A DNA stretch of 64,000 bases from assembly GCA_963712115.1 (NCBI GenBank), contig CAVQGX010000031.1:128001-192000 (forward strand). The letters run 5' to 3'. Position 1 is the first letter of the stretch, and each line of letters opens with the position of its first letter. A program made the position numbers and the translations under genes. The DNA is from an uncultured delta proteobacterium. Lineage in GTDB: Bacteria; Desulfobacterota; Syntrophobacteria; BM002. Positions 57,762 through 64,000 of this stretch are shown one piece after another. The notes under the pieces are model-generated. The model was given only the letters and a program-made list of their open reading frames with translations, did not search any database and was not told the DNA's origin.

Positions 57762-58394
57762 ATGTGGTGCAATGACGCTACAATCTTGGCCGAGATGAAG
57801 ATATTGATCGTTGACGATATTCCCGAAAATATAAGTGCATTGGCCATAGCCCTTGAGTCTGAAGGTTTCGACATAAAAACGGCAGCAGGTGGCGAACAAG
57901 CCTTGCAAATCGTTCACCATGATTCTCCCGACCTGATCTTACTTGATATCAATATGAATGGAATGAACGGTTTCGACACATGCCTTGCCCTCAAGAAAAG
58001 TGATGCTACCAAAGATATCCCGGTTATCTTCCTGACTGTAAGCAAGGAAACTGAAGCCGTAGTTAAGGCTTTTGCCTGTGGGGGAGTGGATTATATTGCC
58101 AAACCTTTTCGCCAAGAGGAAGTTTGTGCTAGAGTTCGCACCCATCTTTACCTTCGCGCCTTGGTTAAAGAGAAAGAGAAATTGATTGGCGAACTTAAGG
58201 AAGCTTTGGCAAAGGTGAAAACCCTGAGCGGCCTCCTACCCATATGCTCTTCATGCAAAAAGATACGCGACGATAAAGGGTACTGGAATCAAATCGAAAC
58301 ATACATTCGGGAACGCTCCGAAGCTGATTTCACCCATGGCATTTGCCCTAAATGCGCAAAGATGCTTTATCCTGGACTACTCAAGGACAAATAG
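57762..58394 (+). CDS. response regulator with C-terminal Cys/His domain
   Basis: ILIVDD, LILLDI, DYIAKP receiver; LPICSSCKKIR...THGICPKC tail. Confidence 0.9.
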   Translation: MWCNDATILAEMKILIVDDIPENISALAIALESEGFDIKTAAGGEQALQIVHHDSPDLILLDINMNGMNGFDTCLALKKSDATKDIPVIFLTVSKETEAVVKAFACGGVDYIAKPFRQEEVCARVRTHLYLRALVKEKEKLIGELKEALAKVKTLSGLLPICSSCKKIRDDKGYWNQIETYIRERSEADFTHGICPKCAKMLYPGLLKDK

Positions 58395-58472
58395 TTTATT
58401 ATTCCAAGACTATCTACCGCCCATTGGCGAATACCAGACAAGTAATTCTGCACCTGACAAAAATAACCTACC

Positions 58473-58916
58473 ATGGATTCCCTTCCAGAGCCTTTTTGGA
58501 AAACCAAATCTCTTGCTGAAATGGCGCCGGACGAGTGGGAATTGTTGTGCGACGGATGCGCCCGATGCTGTTTACACAAAGTTGAGTACAAGGATACGGG
58601 TGAGGTCTTCTACACCAACGTGGCATGTCGCCTCTTGGATACCTATCACTGTCGCTGCACTGCCTATGAAGAGCGGTTAAATCTGGTCCCCACTTGCCTG
58701 GTCATGACACCCGCCAAGGCGGCCGAATTAGAGTGGTTACCTCGAACCTGCGGTTACCGCCGCCTAGCTCTGGGAATGGATCTCGACTGGTGGCATCCCC
58801 TAGTGTCAGGCAACCCCAATACCGTCCACCAAGCCTCTATTTCAGTGCGGGGAATAGTTGTACCTGAAGAAATTGTGCCCCCTGATCAGCTGGAAGACCA
58901 TATCATAGAATTTTAA
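58473..58916 (+). CDS. YcgN (UPF0260) cysteine-cluster protein
   Basis: FWKTKSL, WELLCDGCARCCLHK, WLPRTCGYR, WWHPL. Confidence 0.92.
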   Translation: MDSLPEPFWKTKSLAEMAPDEWELLCDGCARCCLHKVEYKDTGEVFYTNVACRLLDTYHCRCTAYEERLNLVPTCLVMTPAKAAELEWLPRTCGYRRLALGMDLDWWHPLVSGNPNTVHQASISVRGIVVPEEIVPPDQLEDHIIEF

Positions 58917-58955
58917 CAAAAGTGGAACGCAGAAAGGGGGACGTTCTTGTTAGAG

Positions 58956-60065
58956 CTAGGCGGAGAAACCTTCCAATTCCTCTGCTGATAGGCGTCTCCC
59001 AGCGGGAAGTTTTGGTAGGACTGCGGTCTTGGGCGGAGCTTTTCCTTCTCTCATCTCCCGCAGAACTTCCGGCAAATCAAAGAGTGACCTTCCTTCTCTC
59101 ACCAGAGTAAAAGCCGGTACCTGTGAGGTCTTAACAAACTCCAAGGCTTTTCGCACTGTCTCTGGGGTGTGGTGAAAGGAGGCATATATGCGAATCTCAT
59201 CGTAATGGAGGCGGGTGGTATCAACCCGCAGCTCTGTTCCACGAGGGCAGCCGCCAAAGAGGTTCACCCTGCCACCCGGCCGCACCAACTCCACCGCATG
59301 ATTCCAGGTTTCGGGCTTTCCTACGGCTTCAATTACGCAGTCAAATCCAAGTTTGTAGGGGGTGAAATCATGACGCAAGCGCTCAACCAACTGGAGCGAG
59401 AGCCTTTCTGCAACGATATTGGTCACGCCGAGTTCAGCAGCCACGGCGAGGCGATCTGACTGGTCATCAACGGTGGTGACTTCCGCGCCGGCCAGAACTG
59501 AAAGCCGTGCAAGCATCAAGCCCAAGGGGCCCGCACCTATTACCAGCACTTTTTCACCTGACTTTATATCTACATCCTCCACACCCTTGACTGCGCAGGC
59601 CAATGGTTCGACCAGTGCGGCTTTAGCCGCCGGAAGATCAGGGGGAAGGGGAAGGCAGTTCTCCTCCACAATCCTCGCCGGAATCCTGACATATTCAGCG
59701 TAGGCGCCATTGGCAAAGAGGAGATCACTGCATAGATTTGGCTTGCCCAACCCACAGAAATAGCAATCCCGGCAAGGGGCTGAATTGGCGGCGACTATCC
59801 TGGTCCCGGTTGGAAAACGTCCGTTCTCGCTAACCACGACTTTACCCGCAAACTCGTGGCCGAAAACTGATGGAGGTTGGATCATGCGTTCATGATAGCC
59901 CCGGAGAAAAACTTTCAAATCAGTACCACAGGTCAAGGCCGCCTCTACCCGCACTAGCAGTTCCCCCGGCTGCAACTTGGGCACAGGTATCTTTTCCAAC
60001 CTGGCGTCTTCCTTGCCGTGAAGAACGCAGGCCAACATTTTCTCCGGCACGGTTTCAGTCATCAT
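58956..60065 (-). CDS. zinc-dependent alcohol/polyol dehydrogenase
   Basis: CGTD, GHE, CxxCxxC..C, EPLAC, GAGPLG. Confidence 0.9.
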   Translation of the reverse strand: MMTETVPEKMLACVLHGKEDARLEKIPVPKLQPGELLVRVEAALTCGTDLKVFLRGYHERMIQPPSVFGHEFAGKVVVSENGRFPTGTRIVAANSAPCRDCYFCGLGKPNLCSDLLFANGAYAEYVRIPARIVEENCLPLPPDLPAAKAALVEPLACAVKGVEDVDIKSGEKVLVIGAGPLGLMLARLSVLAGAEVTTVDDQSDRLAVAAELGVTNIVAERLSLQLVERLRHDFTPYKLGFDCVIEAVGKPETWNHAVELVRPGGRVNLFGGCPRGTELRVDTTRLHYDEIRIYASFHHTPETVRKALEFVKTSQVPAFTLVREGRSLFDLPEVLREMREGKAPPKTAVLPKLPAGRRLSAEELEGFSA

Positions 60066-60086
60066 CAGCGACTGCCTTTGTAATTC

Positions 60087-60392
60087 GATGTGGGATGTGT
60101 GATGTGCGATAGAAGAGTTTTTCTAACATTTCATATCCCAGATCTCATATCTCACATCGACTATATTCCAACATTCCTCTCTCTTGCCTCTAACCTCTAT
60201 CCTCCAACTTCTTCTCTCCCTGCTGTCCTCTTCCCTCCGCCCTCTGGTTTTTTTCTCCTTCTCGCCGTCTCTCCCTGTCCCCGCGTTGTCCTGGAGTGCC
60301 TAGTGCTTAGTTCCTAGTGCCTAGTTGCAACGGCTGCCCGCTGTCTGCTGCAAGCTGCCTGCTGGCTTTTCCCTATGCTCTATGCTCCACGC
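60087..60392. repeat. composite short-period repeat tract between the two dehydrogenases
   Basis: GATGTG/CACATC units, pyrimidine-rich 7-8-mers, and the 35-bp block shared with 38461-38495. Confidence 0.65.
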
Positions 60393-60393
60393 C

Positions 60394-61473
60394 CTATGCT
60401 TTCCCTGGATTGGGGGCCACGGCGACTTTCAATGAACCACCTTCAGGGCGTCTTGCCAGGGCGAGGGCCCTATTGATTTCGTTCAAAGGAAACACGTGAG
60501 TAACAAACTCTCCCCAAGGAAAGCGATTGTCAAGTAGAATTTCTTTTGTTAAAGAGTTCAGCTCGATGGAGGATGAATAACTGCCGACAATCTGCTTTTC
60601 AGCCATGCCAATTTGCCCTGCATCGATCTTGAGTTCTTGTCCCATGCGGGTATGGGCAAAAAGGATCATTGTCCCACCCGGCCTCAGAGCCAGAAGGCTA
60701 CCATTTATTGCTTCCTCAGATTCGGTCGCAGCAATGACAGCATCATGACCTAAGGGTGCAGCAACCTCCTGAAGCCTGCCAGCAAGGTCCTCATTAGGGT
60801 GAAAAACCGCTTTTGCCCCAAAACTGAGAGATTTTTCCTGTCGCTCCGGCAGCGGCTCCACCGCAAAAACCTCCCAGCCATCCCTGCTCGTCAAAGCTGT
60901 GAGCATAAGTCCGACAGGGCCTTGCCCCAGAATAACCAAAGTACCTTTGCATTCAGGAAGGGCGCTCACACATTTTAGACAAGTATTGAGAGGTTCCATT
61001 AAAATGGCGATCTTAACCGGTAGCAATTCCGGAATCTCCACCACTCCGCCACCGCTAACAATCCAGGGAGCAACAGCGACGTATTCAGCCCACCCACCTC
61101 CAGCAGGTGAAAACCCGGCACTCGTGCCCGTTTTTTTGTAACCTGGACACTGGCTGTATCGACCAAGTTCACATAGTCGACAGTTCCTACACGGCACATG
61201 ATGATAGACGGCCACTCGCTTGCCGAGGAACTCTTTTGCGCCTTGTCCCGCTGCCACCACCTTGCCGGCCATTTCATGTCCAAGTATTACAGGCGGCTTT
61301 GTCAGCCCCATGTCTACTTTTTTGATGTCAGTGGGGCACAGTCCGCAAGCCTCAACCCGAACTAGAAGCTCACCCTCGCTGATTTCAGGTACCGGTACGG
61401 TTTCGACCTCTACCCTGGGCTCTCCCCGCCATACACAGGCGGTCATTTCAGCAGGAACATGTGGTTGTTTCAT
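60394..61473 (-). CDS. zinc-dependent alcohol/polyol dehydrogenase
   Basis: CPTD, GHE, CRNCRLC..C, EPLNT, GQGPVG. Confidence 0.9.
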   Translation of the reverse strand: MKQPHVPAEMTACVWRGEPRVEVETVPVPEISEGELLVRVEACGLCPTDIKKVDMGLTKPPVILGHEMAGKVVAAGQGAKEFLGKRVAVYHHVPCRNCRLCELGRYSQCPGYKKTGTSAGFSPAGGGWAEYVAVAPWIVSGGGVVEIPELLPVKIAILMEPLNTCLKCVSALPECKGTLVILGQGPVGLMLTALTSRDGWEVFAVEPLPERQEKSLSFGAKAVFHPNEDLAGRLQEVAAPLGHDAVIAATESEEAINGSLLALRPGGTMILFAHTRMGQELKIDAGQIGMAEKQIVGSYSSSIELNSLTKEILLDNRFPWGEFVTHVFPLNEINRALALARRPEGGSLKVAVAPNPGKA

Positions 61474-61481
61474 TTATTTCC

Positions 61482-62294
61482 TCAACCAAAAGCTACATCC
61501 AATATCATCATCACAGTAAATCCCATCATCAGGCCCATGGTGGCCAGATCGGCATTACCTCCTCGCTGTGACTCAGGTATCACCTCCTCCACCACTACAA
61601 ATATCATGGCACCTGCGGCAAAGGCCAAAGCATAAGGCAGGATCGGCTGGAAAACTAAAACTGCTGCTGCCCCGACAACCCCGGCAACAGGCTCCACCAC
61701 AGCGGAGAGCTGCCCGTACCAGAAACTCTTGAGCCTGGATACACCTTCCCGCCGGAGAGGCAGGGCCACTGCCATCCCCTCCGGAAAGTTCTGAATACCA
61801 ATACCAACTGCCAAAGCAATGGCAGCGGGGAGCGTGGCAGCGGGCAGACCCGCAGCAACAGCTCCAAAGGCAACGCCCACTGCCAGGCCTTCCGGAATAT
61901 TGTGCAAGGTGATGGCGAGAACGAGCAAGGTTGTTCGCCGCCAGGTTGTTGACACCCCCTCAGCCTCATCCATGGGAGCATAGAGGTGGAGATGTGGCAG
62001 TATCTTGTCAACAACCCTCAAACACGCTCCACCCAAGAGAAAGCCCACAGCAGCAGGAAGCCAGGCGGGCACTCCCTGCTGTTCCGCCATTTCGAGAGCC
62101 GGGGCTAGGAGAGACCAGTAACTGGCAGCAATCATTACCCCGCCGGCGAAACCAAGCATGGGGTCGAGCAACTTCTTACTTACACTCCTGGTGAAAAAAA
62201 CCCCTGAAGCTCCAAGAGCTGTTAAAAACCAGGTAAAACAAGTAGCAATCAGAGCCTGAAGCACAGGATGCAGATTCTGGAAATATTCAATCAT
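61482..62294 (-). CDS. ZIP family metal transporter (GufA/ZupT-like)
   Basis: [24 protein letters not shown]. Confidence 0.93.
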   Translation of the reverse strand: MIEYFQNLHPVLQALIATCFTWFLTALGASGVFFTRSVSKKLLDPMLGFAGGVMIAASYWSLLAPALEMAEQQGVPAWLPAAVGFLLGGACLRVVDKILPHLHLYAPMDEAEGVSTTWRRTTLLVLAITLHNIPEGLAVGVAFGAVAAGLPAATLPAAIALAVGIGIQNFPEGMAVALPLRREGVSRLKSFWYGQLSAVVEPVAGVVGAAAVLVFQPILPYALAFAAGAMIFVVVEEVIPESQRGGNADLATMGLMMGFTVMMILDVAFG

Positions 62295-62326
62295 TACTGG
62301 CGTCCCCCGATATCCGCCATGCTATT

Positions 62327-63034
62327 TTATTCATGCCACGCATCTTCATTGTCAAAATTACGAAAGTGAGTGTCTTCATCCCGGGCGAACATCTTAATCC
62401 ACCCATCTACACGCTCCTTTCCATAAGCTTCATGCCATGCTGCTACGATGGTTTCAACCGGTATATCACTATAAGTCCCATGATATTTAACGTATTCCAT
62501 GTACTTTTTGTTTTGCTGGTTGTATGGGTGAAATAGGGAGTCCTCACGACCATTGAATTCCAGCGGCTCCACCTGGTGCTTTTCGCAGAGCTCCCGGTTG
62601 AAGGCAGGAGTTGCCTTCACCCACTTCCCTTCTAAGTGAAACTCCACAAATCCATGGTAGACGAAGACATTACTCCCCAGAAAATCGATGAGTTGCTTGG
62701 TGGCCAGATGATTCTTGACGGTGGCGAAGCCCACTCTCGACGGGATGCTGCAGGCCCGTCCTAGAGCGCAGAGCAATGACACCTTGGGTACACAGAAACT
62801 TCGCCCCCTTTGAAGAACTAGGCTTGCTCGATAGTGCTCCGGGCGGTGGAAGGGAGTATAGGGGTCGTAACGAATCCCGTCGCGCACAGCCAGATAGAGC
62901 TTTACCGCTCGTTCCACTTGATCACTACTGGTTCCCACCACTTCCATGGCGTAATTCCGGATCTTTGGATGGGTGCTATCCACAATTTCGGTTGGAGCCA
63001 AGTAAAGAGGATTGTGGTGGTCCATTATGCCCAT
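62327..63034 (-). CDS. transglutaminase-like protein
   Basis: VRDGIRYDPY, FCVPK, IPSR, HG..E...W. Confidence 0.88.
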   Translation of the reverse strand: MGIMDHHNPLYLAPTEIVDSTHPKIRNYAMEVVGTSSDQVERAVKLYLAVRDGIRYDPYTPFHRPEHYRASLVLQRGRSFCVPKVSLLCALGRACSIPSRVGFATVKNHLATKQLIDFLGSNVFVYHGFVEFHLEGKWVKATPAFNRELCEKHQVEPLEFNGREDSLFHPYNQQNKKYMEYVKYHGTYSDIPVETIVAAWHEAYGKERVDGWIKMFARDEDTHFRNFDNEDAWHE

Positions 63035-63241
63035 GCTCTGTTTTCAAGTTTCAATGCCGCATATCCTAATGGATAACTACGTTGAATTCCAGCTTCTCTC
63101 AGAAGTCAGAAGTCAGTGGGATCTATTCATTTGCAAATCCGAAATCATGAAAGTGCATAGTGTCTAGTAGAACTGACCTCCGACTTCTGACCTCTGTCAC
63201 TGTCTGCATTTCTTACCCTATCGCTCTATGATGCCGTTAGG

Positions 63242-63318
63242 CGCCTCGGGACACCTGCGGCCGGTTGCACGCCCATCTTCGCGGTCTCGCGACAGCAATG
63301 CATGAAACATCCGGGCTA
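63242..63318 (+). repeat. partial (right-end) copy of the 184-bp MITE
   Basis: GCACGCCCATCTTCGCGGTCTCGCGACAGCAATGCATGAAACATCCGGGCTA matches ~4408-4459; its CTA is the stop codon of the adjacent gene. Confidence 0.75.
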
Positions 63319-64000
63319 GCCGATAAGGTTCCTTTTCAAGATGACCAGGAAATCCTGGATGTTCGTCACAATCGAGGTGACACCCAAGGTTCCCCTGTCT
63401 CTGAGTTTGTTAACAGCAAACTCTGAGATATCCACAGCGTAGACATACACGGGCCTCACCCGCCCCTCTAACACCTGGTACGACGGCGTCATGTTGCCGG
63501 CGGCGATTGTGTGTAGCTGAGTAGCCAGTCCTATGAGCGTTGTAGCCTTTCGGGTATGAGCTCTCATGGCATCCTGGGCTTTACAGGCGTCCACGATTAC
63601 CCCAGGCAGAGGACCATCATCTCTTATCGAGCCCGCCAGGACCATTGGAACGTTCATCTCCAAACAACCGTGAATGACTCCATTATCAATTTTTTCCCCC
63701 TCCACCAAAGCCTCTATGGAACCGGCGGCTCGCGCCATGTTCATTATATCCAGGTGGTGGTAATGACCGTGTAACAGAGGACTCTGTGTGTATATATCCT
63801 GTCCAAGGGCAGTTCTGAATATGGCAGCTTCCAGATCGTGCGCAGCGAGGGCATTTCCAGCCAAAAGTGCGTGGACATATCCGCTTCGAATGAGAGCTAC
63901 CATGGAATCTCGGGCATCCGAATCAAAAGCTACCGCCGGGCCAAGTACCCAAACAACATATCCCTGCTCTTTTTCATGCCTGAGAAGATCATAGAGCTTA
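63316..64000 (-). CDS. TIGR00300-like / LOR-SDH C-terminal region (ornithine cyclodeaminase-related), 5' end outside the window
   Basis: WVLGPA, AGNALAAHDLE, LAGSIRDDGPLP, LHTIAAGN, KLRDRG; frame stays open to the window edge. Confidence 0.8.
   Translation of the reverse strand, partial: KLYDLLRHEKEQGYVVWVLGPAVAFDSDARDSMVALIRSGYVHALLAGNALAAHDLEAAIFRTALGQDIYTQSPLLHGHYHHLDIMNMARAAGSIEALVEGEKIDNGVIHGCLEMNVPMVLAGSIRDDGPLPGVIVDACKAQDAMRAHTRKATTLIGLATQLHTIAAGNMTPSYQVLEGRVRPVYVYAVDISEFAVNKLRDRGTLGVTSIVTNIQDFLVILKRNLIG

Overview
64 kb of a bacterial chromosome. Gene content (PilZ proteins, CFI-box protein, TolB-like/TPR adenylate cyclase, SMUG1, RRM protein, sigma54-type promoter) suggests Desulfobacterota/'Deltaproteobacteria'; this is inference. 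Most of the roughly 55 genes are metabolic, transport or signalling genes: glk, gnd, an AGPS-like oxidase with glpD, fabH, proA, a TetR-RND efflux operon, enoyl-CoA hydratase, two Zn-dehydrogenases and a ZIP transporter. No rRNA, tRNA, CRISPR array, integrase or transposase was seen. The intergenic DNA is the interesting part. (1) At 25.6-30.5 kb, twelve 29-bp sites with tyrosine-recombinase core architecture (11-bp arm, 7-bp asymmetric spacer, 11-bp arm) alternate in orientation. They form six units, each with an NrdR-box-like palindrome in a 53-67 bp linker, and they separate single co-oriented cargo genes, like a cassette array. (2) Three copies of an element bounded by inverted repeats carry a GxxExxY (PD-(D/E)XK-like) gene or its deleted remnant, plus one or two ~135-nt four-way-junction structures with compensatory changes. 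A fourth, simpler GxxExxY cassette sits inside the RND operon. (3) A 184-bp MITE occurs as two full and three partial copies. There are also many short-period inverted repeats and a candidate ~105-nt sRNA. Several genes at 4.7-10.7 kb carry frameshifts that may be sequencing errors.
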